A stretch of 57,813 nucleotides of DNA, counting the filler, from an uncultured Acidimicrobiales bacterium (lineage in GTDB: Bacteria; Actinomycetota; Acidimicrobiia; Acidimicrobiales; UBA10347), in the NCBI GenBank assembly GCA_943788915.1. It is 4 parts of 3 records of this genome, joined end to end, with 100 filler letters (N's around TTAATTAATTAA, not from the genome) between each part and the next. Parts side by side here need not be neighbours in the genome. Positions count along the whole stretch, not along the records: positions 1 to 11,547 come from CALSSD010000002.1; 3 more parts are not named here. One strand, 5' to 3'. Positions within the stretch are counted from its first letter, which is position 1, and the number at the start of each line of letters is the position of its first letter. Below the pieces are notes generated by a model. That model was not told where the DNA came from and ran no database searches. It saw only the letters and a list, made by a program, of their open reading frames with translations. Shown here piece by piece: positions 1 through 11,065 of the stretch. The position numbers and the translations under genes were made by a program.

Positions 1-404
1 TCGATGACATGGTGCGCACCGGTTCAACGGTGGTCAAGTCGTGCGAGTTCCTGAAATCGGCCAAGCTGAACCGCACGGTTTTTGCCGTGTCACACTTCTA
101 TGCAAGTTCCGAGGGTCGCGAGAAGATGGCGAACCCTGCTATCGATGAAATCCTCACCTTGAACACGCTGCCTACGGTGCTGAACCGCGACGTACAGGGC
201 CGACTGCGCAAGAAACTGGTGGTGCTCAAGATCGAACAATGGCTGGCTCGCAACCTTGCCGAGATCCTTGAGTTGCCTTGCCCGAGCCACGACAGCCTCT
301 ACCACATCGACATGTCGTCGAAGAACCCTCGTTTCAAGCGCAAGATCTGGTCAAACGACCAACTCTCAAGCCTTCGAGACGACGTTCCCCTTCCGTTCCA
401 GTAG
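1..404 (+). CDS. Ribose-phosphate pyrophosphokinase-like / type I phosphoribosyltransferase, C-terminal part (5'-truncated by window)
   Basis: Frame opens before the window (gat gac atg = DDM). DDMVRTGSTV matches the PRPP-binding motif DDxxxTGxT, followed by PRS-like FAVSH and DEILTLNTLP. Confidence 0.7.
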   Translation, partial: DDMVRTGSTVVKSCEFLKSAKLNRTVFAVSHFYASSEGREKMANPAIDEILTLNTLPTVLNRDVQGRLRKKLVVLKIEQWLARNLAEILELPCPSHDSLYHIDMSSKNPRFKRKIWSNDQLSSLRDDVPLPFQ

Positions 405-421
405 CCGCTCCGAAGCGGCTA
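402..421. terminator. Hairpin between convergent PRS-like gene and pyrH
   Basis: tagccgct-ccga-agcggcta, perfect 8-bp stem overlapping the stop codon; no U-tract. Confidence 0.45.
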
Positions 422-430
422 GCAACGCCG

Positions 431-460
431 GGTTAGGAGACGATCGGTTAGGAGACGATC
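431..460. repeat. Perfect 15-bp tandem duplication at the pyrH 3' end
   Basis: ggttaggagacgatc at 431-445 and 446-460; the second copy contains the pyrH stop. Confidence 0.9.
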
Positions 461-1203
461 GTGCCGACTGCTTCGCCAGCCAAAATTTTGGGCACGTTGT
501 CCTCGCCCATCAGGTCAAACAGCACGATCGGCAGGTTGTTGTCCATACACAACGTGGTCGCAGTGGCGTCCATGGCTCGGAGATCCTTGCTGAGCACATC
601 GAGATAACTCACCGTGTCGAGCTTGGTTGCTGTTGGATCGACCTTGGGGTCGGCGGTATAAATGCCATCGATACCAGAGTGGGTGCCCTTGAGCAGCACT
701 TCGGCATCGATTTCAGCGGCACGAAGCGCTGCTGCTGTGTCCGTGGTGAAGAATGGGTTGCCGGTGCCACCGGCGAAGATTACGACCCGGTTCTTCTCGA
801 GATGGCGAATCGCTCGGCGCCGAATGTACGGCTCGGCGATTTCAGACATTTCGATCGCTGTCTGCACCCGAGTTGGCACGCCCAGGCGTTCGAGCATCTC
901 TTGCAATGCAAGGCCGTTGATAACCGTGGCCAACATGCCCATGTAGTCGGCCTGAGCCCGATCCATGCCAGCGCCTGCGCCAGATAGGCCCCGCCAGATA
1001 TTTCCGCCGCCGACCACAACCGCAATCGACACATCAAAACGTTGACGTGCCTTCGCGATGGTCTTCGCTATGGACCCAACAATGTCGCCATCGATGCCGT
1101 AGCCGGTGTCTCCGGCGAATGCTTCGCCGGAGACCTTCAGCATCACCCGATTCCAACGAGCAGGTTCAGAGCCGCGCTTGGAGAAATCTGGGGTTTCAGA
1201 CAT
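448..1203 (-). CDS. pyrH: UMP kinase
   Basis: [26 protein letters not shown] and [17 protein letters not shown] motifs; follows tsf. Confidence 0.97.
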   Translation of the reverse strand: MSETPDFSKRGSEPARWNRVMLKVSGEAFAGDTGYGIDGDIVGSIAKTIAKARQRFDVSIAVVVGGGNIWRGLSGAGAGMDRAQADYMGMLATVINGLALQEMLERLGVPTRVQTAIEMSEIAEPYIRRRAIRHLEKNRVVIFAGGTGNPFFTTDTAAALRAAEIDAEVLLKGTHSGIDGIYTADPKVDPTATKLDTVSYLDVLSKDLRAMDATATTLCMDNNLPIVLFDLMGEDNVPKILAGEAVGTIVS

Positions 1204-1241
1204 TGGTTCCTTTGGGTTTGGACGGAGTGGTCAGCCGACCG

Positions 1242-2030
1242 TCAGGCGCCGATGCGGGCCTGGACAAAACGTACCACGGTGCCAGGAGCAGCGGTTTCAG
1301 CAACAGTGACCTTGTCGCCGTTGAGGCCCTGCTCAAGCAGAACACTTTCCTTGTACCAGGCGCCGAGGCGACCGTCGACGATTTTGTCCCAAGCAGCCTC
1401 GGGCTTACCTTCGGACTTGGTGATCTCGAGCAGCGCTTCGCGCTCCTTGGCGACGTCGTCTTCGGAAACCTCAGACTTGTCGAGGAAACGAGGGTTCGCA
1501 AACGCACAGTGCAGTGCGATCGAGTGCAGCGCATCTTCAGCCACACCGCTACCTTCGACGACGATGCCAATCGAGCCACGACCATCCTGCACGTGCAGGT
1601 AGGTGTCGAGCGTGTTGCCTTCGGCAGCCTCGACGATGTGGACGGCACCGATGTCGATGTTTTCCTTCTTGGTCAACATCAGGTCTTCGATATCGGTCGC
1701 GCAGTCAACTGCAGGATCTCCACCAGCAAGAGCAACGTCGGCCAACTTCTGAGCAACAGCGACGAAGTCATCGCTCTTGGCCGAGAAGTCGGTTTCGCTG
1801 CGCAGCAGCACGACGGCAACCTTGTCGCCGTCTTGTGCCAGAGCGACTGCACCATCGGTGTTGTCGCGGTCGCTGCGCTTGGCAGCCTTGCTCAAACCTT
1901 TTTCGCGCAGGATCTGGGTTGCTGCTTCGGCATCGCCACCAGCTTCGGTGAGTGCCTTTTTGGCATCCATCATGCCGGCGCCGGTTGCGTCGCGCAGTGC
2001 TTTGACATCTTTGGCGGTGAAATCAGACAT
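1242..2030 (-). CDS. tsf: Translation elongation factor Ts
   Basis: [20 protein letters not shown]-terminus and SETDF motif; rpsB-tsf-pyrH order. Confidence 0.97.
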   Translation of the reverse strand: MSDFTAKDVKALRDATGAGMMDAKKALTEAGGDAEAATQILREKGLSKAAKRSDRDNTDGAVALAQDGDKVAVVLLRSETDFSAKSDDFVAVAQKLADVALAGGDPAVDCATDIEDLMLTKKENIDIGAVHIVEAAEGNTLDTYLHVQDGRGSIGIVVEGSGVAEDALHSIALHCAFANPRFLDKSEVSEDDVAKEREALLEITKSEGKPEAAWDKIVDGRLGAWYKESVLLEQGLNGDKVTVAETAAPGTVVRFVQARIGA

Positions 2031-3075
2031 CGGGATTCTCCTCTGCGGGTGTATCAGCTGCAGCAGCTTCTTCGGCTGCAGGTGCTTCGGGAGCAGCTTC
2101 GACTGGCGCTGCTTCGGCGGCGGGTGCCGCTACTTCTTCGGCTGGCGCCTCTGCGGTGGCCGCTACTTCTTCAGCAGCAGGGGCTGGTGTTTCTTCAGCC
2201 GGGGCTTCTTCGACAGGAGCGGGCGCTGCAGCAGCTGCGGCGATGTTTTCCTGAACGCGGGCTTCGCGTGCAGCAGCGGCCTCGGCGGCAGCGGCCATGG
2301 CCAGTGCCTGTTCGCGTGCAACACGAGCTTCGTCTTCTGCTGAACGCGCAGTAGGCGCAGCAGCAGCGGCAGCTGGGTTACGACGGCTATGAATGAAGCG
2401 GCCTTCGATGACGGCATCGCTCATGATGCGGGTCATGATTTCACCTGAACGGATGGCGTCGTCATTGCCGGGAATGACGTACTGGATCAAGTCAGGATCA
2501 CAGTTGGTATCGACCACCGCGATGATAGGAATGCCGAGCTTGTTGGCTTCGGTGACAGCAATGTGTTCTTTGCGGGTGTCCAAGATGAAGATCGCGTCAG
2601 GAACCTTGGTCATGTTCTTGATACCGCCAAGGTTGCGCTGCAGCTTGACGAGCTCGCGGCTCTTGAGCAGTGCTTCCTTCTTTGGCATCATGTCGAACTC
2701 GCCGGTTGCGATCATGCGCTCGTATTCGCGCATCTTGCCGACACGCTTTGAGATCGTTTCGAAGTTGGTGAGCATGCCGCCGAGCCAACGCTGGTTCACG
2801 TACGGCATGTTGCAACGATCGGCATAACTTTCGATGCTGTCCTGGGCCTGCTTCTTGGTGCCCACGAACATGATCGAGCCACCCTTACCAATGGTGTCGC
2901 GCACGAAACCGTAAGAGTTTTCGATCTGGCTAAGGGTCTGGCGCAGGTCGAGGATATGGATACCCGAACGTTCACCGTGGATGAATCGCTTCATCTTCGG
3001 ATTCCATCGGCGGGTTTGGTGTCCAAAGTGGACGCCCGCATCGAGTAGCTGCTTCATGGACACTACTGGTGCCAT
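2023..3075 (-). CDS. rpsB: 30S ribosomal protein S2 with long Ala/Glu-rich C-terminal tail
   Basis: [33 protein letters not shown] and [10 protein letters not shown] motifs. Confidence 0.98.
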   Translation of the reverse strand: MAPVVSMKQLLDAGVHFGHQTRRWNPKMKRFIHGERSGIHILDLRQTLSQIENSYGFVRDTIGKGGSIMFVGTKKQAQDSIESYADRCNMPYVNQRWLGGMLTNFETISKRVGKMREYERMIATGEFDMMPKKEALLKSRELVKLQRNLGGIKNMTKVPDAIFILDTRKEHIAVTEANKLGIPIIAVVDTNCDPDLIQYVIPGNDDAIRSGEIMTRIMSDAVIEGRFIHSRRNPAAAAAAPTARSAEDEARVAREQALAMAAAAEAAAAREARVQENIAAAAAAPAPVEEAPAEETPAPAAEEVAATAEAPAEEVAAPAAEAAPVEAAPEAPAAEEAAAADTPAEENPDV

Positions 3076-3267
3076 TGGTTTCTCCAGTCGGTTGAAGGGA
3101 GACCCGAACCAGCGCCTTTCCCACAGTGGGAGCGGCGACCGCTGACGGTCGGATCTTTTGTAATAGGGACGCGCTGGTTACGCGTTCAGTGCGACGGTGA
3201 TGATAACCACACGAAGGCGCGAATCGCCCCCGATTCAGCCACTTCTCGCAAGCTTATGCGGGTCGCC
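3076..3267 (-). promoter_or_regulatory. rpsB leader/promoter region, possibly a structured 5' UTR
   Basis: Non-coding region upstream of rpsB with imperfect complementary segments around 3099-3158. Structured autoregulatory rpsB leaders are known in other bacteria; no family match is established here. Confidence 0.3.
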
Positions 3268-3756
3268 CTAACTAGGAGGAGGTAACAAACGCGGTTTTAC
3301 CTCGACAACGCTTGCATCGATCAGGATCTGGGGATCGAGATAGTGGTCATCTACGAGGGCTCCGAAATGAAAACCACGGCTGGCGATGGCTATCGCTGAA
3401 TACTGATTGACGTTCATTCCCTCGACCACCCAGATCTCAAGCAAACCGGTATAGGTCGTACGCACGCCGTCATCATGCATGATCGAGATCACCTTGCGAC
3501 CGGCAACCGGACCTGCGAAAAGCACGTACCCATCGGCTGCGGCTCCAACGACCTGATTGTCACTCGAGCCGTATTCGAGTCCCCTGTTGCCAGGAGCCCC
3601 AATGCGGGCCGGAGGACGGAATGGATCGATGACCGGCGTGAGCATCGGGGCCGAATACAACACCACCTGGCGATGTGCGATCTCCTGGGCTGTAGATGGA
3701 GCGCTCGTTAGCCCAACCACTGCTGTTACCAAAAGGAGCATGAGCCACCGTTTCAT
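3268..3756 (-). CDS. Secreted M23 peptidase-family / murein hydrolase activator-like protein
   Basis: Start reassigned to ATG 3756, which overlaps the dprA stop as ATGA. Signal peptide MKRWLMLLLVTAVV; AAADGYVLFAGPVAG, HDDGVRTTY and FHFG..YLDP. Usual position upstream of rpsB in actinobacteria. Confidence 0.8.
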   Translation of the reverse strand: MKRWLMLLLVTAVVGLTSAPSTAQEIAHRQVVLYSAPMLTPVIDPFRPPARIGAPGNRGLEYGSSDNQVVGAAADGYVLFAGPVAGRKVISIMHDDGVRTTYTGLLEIWVVEGMNVNQYSAIAIASRGFHFGALVDDHYLDPQILIDASVVEVKPRLLPPPS

Positions 3757-4868
3757 GTCACTCGTTCGATCACGCCGCCGAGGCGCCGTAACGCTCCGAC
3801 CCCGATGAGTCGTTCGACCTCGAGGGTCACCTCGCTCGGCGATCGGCCACACTCACGAACCACCGTGTCGAGTGCGACCGGTTCCCAACCGACCGCTTCG
3901 AGCAGCCACGAGTCGATCCCAAGTTCGACCTGGGCCAGACTGGGACCAGTGAGCGGAGCGACTGCATCAAGCAAACCATCGAAGTCGTGAAGCGAATGTG
4001 CACCGTCGGAAATCAGTTTGTTTGTCCCGGCCGAAGCAGGCGAATAGATCGACCCAGGCACGGCAAAGACCGCCCGATCCCGGCGTAACGCTTCGTCGAC
4101 CGTGTACATGGAGCCACCTTTACATCCGGACTCGACCACCACAGTTGCTGCTGACAGCGCCGCCACCACTCGGTTACGAGCCGGAAACCGCCATGTCTCG
4201 GGTTTTGATCCGAGTGGCCATTCGCTGAGAAGCGCCCCGTGCTCGGCGATCTGTTGATACAGACCTCGGTTGCGTTTCGGATAAATGATGTCGACGCCGC
4301 CGGCGACCACGGCAACGGTGCGGGCTGGGACCCGAGAGATCGCACCAGCGTGCGCCGCCGCATCGATACCTGATGCCAGGCCAGACACAACGTCGACACC
4401 ACGTTGGGCCAGCGCAGCCCCAAGTTCTCTGGCGACGCCCTCGCCGTATCGAGTGCACCGACGAGTGCCGACAATCGCTACTCGCACTCGGTCCTCGAGC
4501 ACACCCGGCCCCTGGCGAAAAATCACTGGCGGTGGGTCCGGATCATCAAGCAGAGCGTCTGGATACTCGCAATGACCAAATGGGAGAACAGTCGTGTTGG
4601 ACGCGAGGTGTCGATCCAACTCTGCGCCAGGATCGATCGTGCGGCACCAGGCAGGCCAAGCTCGGGCAGCGTCGACGGCTCTCCCATGACGGGGTGCACG
4701 CCCAGCCGCAACTCGTTTCCAGATCTGAGACGGCGCACCCAGAGCGAGGAGACTCCAGAAACGTCCAGGCGAGAGCCCGGGTAGCCCGGCGAGAGCAATG
4801 AACGCAGCCAATTCGTGATCATCGGCGATCGTGATCGCCGAATAGCTGTTGGCCGACCAGTCAGACAT
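3753..4868 (-). CDS. dprA: DNA-processing protein DprA
   Basis: VAIVGTRRCTRYG, VSGLASGIDAAAH, FPARNRVVAALS and AVPGSI motifs; start taken at ATG 4868 overlapping the comM end. Confidence 0.93.
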   Translation of the reverse strand: MSDWSANSYSAITIADDHELAAFIALAGLPGLSPGRFWSLLALGAPSQIWKRVAAGRAPRHGRAVDAARAWPAWCRTIDPGAELDRHLASNTTVLPFGHCEYPDALLDDPDPPPVIFRQGPGVLEDRVRVAIVGTRRCTRYGEGVARELGAALAQRGVDVVSGLASGIDAAAHAGAISRVPARTVAVVAGGVDIIYPKRNRGLYQQIAEHGALLSEWPLGSKPETWRFPARNRVVAALSAATVVVESGCKGGSMYTVDEALRRDRAVFAVPGSIYSPASAGTNKLISDGAHSLHDFDGLLDAVAPLTGPSLAQVELGIDSWLLEAVGWEPVALDTVVRECGRSPSEVTLEVERLIGVGALRRLGGVIERVT

Positions 4869-6451
4869 GGGTGACGCCCAACGAGTCGAACAAAACCGGT
4901 CTGGCCCGCAACGCAAGTGCGCTTGCGATCGAGGTCTCGCTAACCGTGTCCTCGTCGGCGAGATCAGCAATCGTGCGTGCAACCATACGAACCCGCGCCA
5001 GCCCTCGTGCCGACAACCGTCCGTCTGCGAGCGCTCCCTTGAGCATGCTTCGCCCGGCATCCGAAATCGGGGCAAACTCATCGAGTTGCCCCGCTGGTAT
5101 GAGCGAGTTCGACGGAAACCCCCGAATGTGTGCTTTGGCCCGTGCAGCGAGCACGCGTGCGCGCGCTGATTGACTGGACTCTCCTTTGTCTGATGACATC
5201 AGCTGGTTCGCACTCGGGCGCTGCATATGGACCCGAAGGTCGATGCGATCGAGCAGCGGGCCGGAAAGCCTGCGCATGTACCGCTGGCGAGACTGCTCGT
5301 TGCATCGACAAGGTTCGACCGAGCCCAAGAGTCCACACGGACACGGGTTCATAGCTGCGACCAGGCAGAACCGAGCCGGATACCGCACCGACGCGTGTGC
5401 CCGACTGATATGCACGCTGCCATCTTCGAGCGGCTGGCGCATGGCATCGAGTGCTCCGGGTGCGAACTCGCCGAGCTCATCCAGAAAAAGGACTCCCCCG
5501 TGGGCGCAGCTGATCTCACCCGGTCGCAGGCGTCCGCTGCCACCGCCGATCAGGGCCGTCATCGATGCCGAATGGTGCGGTGCCCGAAACGGTGGCACCC
5601 GCAACAGCGAATCGTTCGGAATTCCTAGTCCTGCCACGGAATGCACCCGGCTTGTGATCAGAGCGACCTCGTTTTCCATGTCGGGCATGATCCCCGGTAA
5701 ACGTTTCGCCAACATGCTCTTTCCTGCTCCTGGCGGCCCAACGAGCAACAAGTTGTGCCCGCCAGCGGCAGCGATCTCAAGCGCTTGACGCGCAAACGGA
5801 TGACCTGCGACGTCGGCGAGGTCAGGTACGTGGCGTCGATGATCGAGCGTGGGTATCGGAGGATGATCCGGCCACGCCTCGATGCCTTTCAAACAATCGA
5901 CCACCTGGCGCAGCGATGCGCAGCACCGCACCTTTCTCTGCCCCTGCCAGTGTGGCCTCGTGGGCAGCCTCTGGAGCGACCACAACCGCGAGATCGTCGA
6001 TCGCAGCGACCCGAGACAAGATGCCAGGCACCGACCGCAGCGAGCCATCGAGCCCGAGTTCGGCAACGAACCCGTGGCCACCCAGTAACTCCGGCGGCAA
6101 CCGTTGATGTTCGGGCTGACGCACGCCGCCTTCGTCAAGCTCACGTTCTGCCTGTTTCTCGTCGAGTGTGGACGCAGCAATCACCCCCAGCGCTATCGCC
6201 AGGTCTAACCCAGCGCCCTCTTTGCGGACCTGTGATGGCGCGAGGTTCACCGTGACCCGCGCCTGACTCGGCCATTTGAAGCCGTTCGAGTTAATCGCGG
6301 CCCGCACCCGGTCACGGGCTTCCCGACAAGAGGCGTCGGGAAGCCCGACAACGCTAAACGATGGTAAGACGCCGGTAACGACGTGGACTTCTACTTGGAC
6401 TCGCTGGCCGTCGATGCCACGCAAGGTGGCCGACGCCGAGGATGAAAGCAC
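4861..6451 (-). CDS. comM: YifB/ComM Mg-chelatase-like AAA+ ATPase, split by one frameshift at about 5934
   Basis: ORF 5822-6451 has VGLPDASCREARDRVRAA, VNLAP and ELGLDG; ORF 4861-6180 has GPPGAGKS, FRAPHHSAS, LFLDE and NPCPCG. Removing one T from ttt 5933-5935 joins them. Confidence 0.9.
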
Positions 6452-6651
6452 AAAACGCTCCCCTGCTCAGATTGACGGGGAAGCGTTTCCTGCACCCTAG
6501 ACCCCAGGTGTGACAGTTGCCAGTGCCTCGTGCTCACGGCCCGGCGACCGACTACGTCATTCGATCTCGTTGGCTGCTGAACCACAAGGAAACCTCGCCA
6601 GACCGTTCGTTCCGTAGACTGATCCGTTCCCCCCTTGTAAAGCAGTACCGC

Positions 6652-8710
6652 ATGTCATACGAAGACGAGCCAATCGCCTCCGACGAAACACCGTCAGACG
6701 AACTAAGCCCCACCGAAGAAGCCACGGCAGATGAGCCAACCCTCTTCGACGAGTCGCCAACCGATGGGCCTTTGGCTGCCGGGCCAGCCGCCGACCCCAA
6801 CACCCCATCGCAACATCAACCATGGCGAGTGCGTGGCTTTGATCCACAACCTGCCCCCGCAGACGAGACACCGCTAGAAGAAGCCCCCGCAGACGAGTCC
6901 AACTCAGACGAGGCCCAGACAGACGTGCCCGCCTCAGACGAGGCCACCGCAGACGAAGCCCAGACAGACGTGCCCGCCTCAGACGAGTCCGCCGCAGACA
7001 AAGCCCCAGCAAACAAAGCCCCCGCAGACAAGAGGCCCCGACAGACGCGCCCGCCTCAGGTGGCTTCGGCGACCTTGGCCTCAAGCCAGCGCTTCTGACT
7101 GCCTTGACCGGCCTTGGTTACGAAGAACCGACCCCGATTCAGCGCGAGGCAATCCCGCTGATGCTTGAGGGCGGCGACATGCTTGGCCAAGCAGCGACGG
7201 GTACCGGCAAGACCGCAGCCTTCGCACTGCCGATTCTGAACCGGATCGACCGAAACGATGCCGCCATCCCGCTTGCGCTCATTGTGGTGCCTACCCGCGA
7301 ACTCGCAGTGCAGGTGAGCGAGGCATTCTTTAAGTACGGGCGTGAGTCTCGTGTCCAAGTACTTCCCGTCTTTGGCGGTCAGCCGATCTCACGCCAATTG
7401 CAGGCACTCAAGCGGGGCGTACACGTTGTCGTCGGCACACCCGGACGTGTTATCGACCACATCAAACGCGGGTCGCTCAATCTCGATGCTGTGCAGACCG
7501 TGGTGCTCGACGAAGCCGACGAGATGCTCGACATGGGCTTCACCGAAGACATCGAATCCATCCTCAAGGCCACACCGGACAGTCGCCAGACAGTGTTGTT
7601 CTCGGCAACAATGCCACCTCGGATCGAGAAGCTGGCCAAGAAGTACCAGCGCGATCCGAAGACTGTCAAGATCGGCAAGACCAAGGGCGAGTCAGCGAAT
7701 CCGCTGATCCGCCAGACCGTCTATATGGTGCTGCGGTCACATAAGGCCAGCGCTCTCGGCCGCATTCTCGATGTCGAGGCACCCGAGTCCACCATCGTCT
7801 TCTGTCGGACCCGTCACGAAGTGGACGAACTGACCGTGACCATGAATGGCCGCGGTTACCGAGCCGAAGCGCTGCACGGTGGTATGGACCAGAAACAACG
7901 CGATCGTGTTATGGCGCGACTTCGCGACGGCACCGCCGAACTGCTGATCGCAACCGACGTAGCGGCCCGCGGCCTGGACGTCGACACGTTGACCCATGTC
8001 GTGAACTACGACGTGCCGTCTGCGCCAGAGTCCTATGTGCACCGCATTGGCCGTGTCGGACGCGCCGGCCGCGAGGGTGTCGCCATCACCATTGCAGAAC
8101 CCAAGCAGCGGCGGTTGCTGGGGAATATCGAACGGCTCACCAAGCAGAAGTTCGACATCGCCAAGGTCCCCTCTGTGGCTGACCTCCGCACCCGTCAGAT
8201 CGAGATGACGGTCGGTTCAGTCCGCGACGCACTCGCCATCGATGATCTTGCTGACTACCGTGCGGTACTCGATGCGCTCGGCGACGAATACTCCGAGCGC
8301 GACATCGCGCTAGCTGCGATCAAGCTTGTGCACCGAGCCCGGGGCGCCACCATTGATGAGCGCGAGATTCCCGATGCTTCCCAGTCGAAGGGCAAGTGGG
8401 ACAAGGACGGCAAGAGTAAAGGCAAGAGCAAGGCAAGTTCGACAAGGGCGGTCGGGGCAAGAGCTTCGACGGCGAAAAAGGTTACGTCCACATCGACATC
8501 GGCCGCAAAGCGGGGTTGCGACCGGGCGATCTTGTTGGCGCTATCGCCAACGAAGCCGGGCTCAGCGGCAGCGACATCGGACCGATCAAGATACAGGAAC
8601 ATTGGGCGATGGTTGGTGTCCCTGAGTCTGAGGTCGAGAACATTCTGAAGGCGATGAAGCAGACAACGATCCGGGGCAGCAAAGCCAAGCTCCGCCGATT
8701 CAAGGAGTAA
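6652..8710 (+). CDS. deaD: DEAD-box RNA helicase (DeaD/CsdA type) with acidic N-terminal extension and DbpA-type C-terminal domain; frameshifts at about 7030 and 8430
   Basis: Q motif GFGDLGL..GYEEPTPIQ, ATGTGKT, PTRELA, DEAD, SAT, HRIGRVGRAG. C-terminal IDIGRKAGLRPGDLVGAIANE lies in a shifted frame ending at 8710. Confidence 0.88.
6850..7060 (+). repeat. Coding tandem repeats (15-nt ADEAP-like units, with a 45-nt higher-order duplication) in the helicase N-terminal extension
   Basis: Recurrent gcagacgag/tcagacgag units; DEAQTDVPASDE occurs twice. Confidence 0.75.
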
Positions 8711-8780
8711 GCGAGTTATTGGCACCTGCGGGTGTCGTGTCAACAACGAGTTGCGCCGTCCTCCCGGCTAGTTTCAGGCT

Positions 8781-11039
8781 GTGACGAACCGCGAGTTTCC
8801 GGGAACAATTGGCAAGACGATCGGCGAGTCGGAACCCCACTGGCCATCAACCACTCAGCCACCAACTGGCGCGCCCAATGTGCTCATCATGATGCTCGAC
8901 GATGTGGGCTTCGCAGACTTTGGTTGTTACGGCTCCGAGATCGACACGCCCAACATCGACCGGCTCGCTCAGCGTGGATTGCGTTACACCGGCTTCCATA
9001 CAACAGCTATGTGCTCGACCACCCGAGCAGCGCTCCACACTGGACGGAATCATCATTCCGTCGGCATGGGTTGCCTGTCGAACTTTGACTCGGGTTATCC
9101 GGGTTACCGGGGCAAGATCGACCCCGATGCTCCAACGTTGGCTGAAATGCTCAAGCCTCATGGCTACCGCTCGTACTACCTAGGCAAGTGGCATGTCACG
9201 CCACTCACCCAAACGGGCCCGACCGGGCCGTTCGACGGCTGGCCGCTCGGGCGCGGTTTCGATCGGTTCTACGGATTCCTCGATGCTGAAACCGACCAGT
9301 ACTCCCCCGAAATGGTGCGCGACAACAGCCATGTTGCTGTAGCCGGCAACTACGAGACCGGCTACCACGTGACCGAGGACCTCGCCGACAATGCCATTGA
9401 GATGCTCGCTGGACACACCGCGGGCGTTCCTGACGCACCCTGGATGCTCATGCTCATGCCGGGTGCCTGTCACGCTCCGCATCAGGCGCCACAACATCTG
9501 ATCGATAAGTACGACGAGATATTCGCCAAGGGCTGGGACCAGACCCGGCTCGATCGGTTGCAACGCCAGATCGAGCTGGGGATCGTGCCCGGCGGCACTG
9601 AACTCCCCGACCGCAATTTCATGGTCCAGCCGTGGGACGACCACCCAATCGAAGAGCGACGGCTCTTCACCCGCCTCGCCGCTGCCTATGCGGCCATGCT
9701 CGAACATGCCGATGAACACTTTGGCCGGGTGCTCGACTTCCTCGAAGCCTCAGGCCAGCTCGACAACACGGTTGTCATGGCGCTGTCCGACAATGGCGCC
9801 AGCCAGGAAGGAGGTCCCCAAGGGTTCGTCAATGCAATGGGTCCCTACAACATGGTGAAAGAGACGATCGAGGACAAGATCGCCCGCATCGACGACATCG
9901 GTGGCCCCGACACCCATTCCAATTTTCCGTGGGGTTGGGCGATGGCCTCGAACTCGCCGCTCAAGCGTTACAAGCAGAACACCCACGGCGGCGGGGTGCG
10001 GGATCCACTCGTCATCGCCGGACCGGGAATCGGCAGGCCTGATCAGCCTGACGGCCTGCGGCACAACTTCTGCCACGTGTCAGATCTGGCCCCAACGGTG
10101 CTCGAAGCCATTGGGTTGCCAGCTCCGGCTGGCACCGAAGGAGTCAGCTTTGCAGCAACATTCCCGGCCGACGTCGCCACTACCAAGTCGGTACAACACT
10201 TCGAAATGTTTGGTCACCGCGGCATCTGGCTCGACGGTTGGAAAGCGGTGGCGTTCCATCAGCCTGGCACCGCCTTCGACCACGATCAGTGGGAGTTATA
10301 TCACCTGGACGAGGACTTCAACGAGCGTCATGATCTGGCCACGACACGGCCCGAGAAGCTCGCCGAGCTCGTAGATCGCTGGTGGGTCGAGGCGGAGAAA
10401 CACCAGGTCCTGCCGCTCGATGACCGGTTCGCTGAACGGTTCGCCGAAAACGCTGAACGCCATCGCGGCGACCGCACCAACTACACGTTCTGGAAGGGTA
10501 TGGGCCACATTCCGTCCGAGGTTGCACCAGACCTGCGAAGCCGTAGCTACACCATCGAGGCAACGTGTGAGATTACGGACGAAGGTGCTAGTGGTGTCCT
10601 GATCGCTCACGGCGATGCAACATCAGGGTACTCATTGTTTGTCCGCGACGGCCGGCTTGTGCATGACCTAAACGTTGGCGGCCAGCATCAGTTGGTGGTG
10701 TCTGACCGTCCGGTACCGCTCGGCCCGGTGACCCTTGGCTTTCGCATGCGCCGATCCGAAACCGGCGGGCCGACACCAAGTGGAGTCGGCACCTTACTCA
10801 TCAATGGCGAGCCCGCTGGTAGCTTCGAGACGGACCGCATTTTCTGGCTGATGATTTCGTGGTCCGGGCTGGACATCGGCTTCGACCGAGGCACCACCGT
10901 CAGCGACTACGACGGCACAGGCCGGTTCATGGGACCGTTCACGTTCACCGGCGAGCTGGTCAAGGTGGTCGTGGACCTCGACGATGATCAGCAGGTCAAC
11001 CAGGCCGCGGCCGCCGAAAACGAGGTCGCTCGGGACTAG
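8781..11039 (+). CDS. Arylsulfatase (Cys-type, with C-terminal beta-sandwich domain)
   Basis: PNVLIMMLDDVG, TTAMCSTTRAALHTGR, GKWH, HAPHQ and SDNGAS motifs. Confidence 0.92.
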   Translation: MTNREFPGTIGKTIGESEPHWPSTTQPPTGAPNVLIMMLDDVGFADFGCYGSEIDTPNIDRLAQRGLRYTGFHTTAMCSTTRAALHTGRNHHSVGMGCLSNFDSGYPGYRGKIDPDAPTLAEMLKPHGYRSYYLGKWHVTPLTQTGPTGPFDGWPLGRGFDRFYGFLDAETDQYSPEMVRDNSHVAVAGNYETGYHVTEDLADNAIEMLAGHTAGVPDAPWMLMLMPGACHAPHQAPQHLIDKYDEIFAKGWDQTRLDRLQRQIELGIVPGGTELPDRNFMVQPWDDHPIEERRLFTRLAAAYAAMLEHADEHFGRVLDFLEASGQLDNTVVMALSDNGASQEGGPQGFVNAMGPYNMVKETIEDKIARIDDIGGPDTHSNFPWGWAMASNSPLKRYKQNTHGGGVRDPLVIAGPGIGRPDQPDGLRHNFCHVSDLAPTVLEAIGLPAPAGTEGVSFAATFPADVATTKSVQHFEMFGHRGIWLDGWKAVAFHQPGTAFDHDQWELYHLDEDFNERHDLATTRPEKLAELVDRWWVEAEKHQVLPLDDRFAERFAENAERHRGDRTNYTFWKGMGHIPSEVAPDLRSRSYTIEATCEITDEGASGVLIAHGDATSGYSLFVRDGRLVHDLNVGGQHQLVVSDRPVPLGPVTLGFRMRRSETGGPTPSGVGTLLINGEPAGSFETDRIFWLMISWSGLDIGFDRGTTVSDYDGTGRFMGPFTFTGELVKVVVDLDDDQQVNQAAAAENEVARD

Positions 11040-11065
11040 CTGTAATAGCCGGGGAGCGTTCAGCG

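Noticed and set aside
1047..2354. Long + strand ORF (435 aa) and the many similar antisense ORFs throughout the window
   Set aside because: Shadow ORFs opposite well-supported genes in high-GC DNA; no recognisable motifs.
2023..2400. Ala/Glu/Pro-rich tail of S2 as a novel domain
   Set aside because: Low-complexity S2 extensions are common in actinobacteria.
5900..8450. Programmed ribosomal frameshifting in comM or deaD
   Set aside because: No slippery heptamer with a stimulator, and similar indels occur in many unrelated genes, favouring sequencing error.
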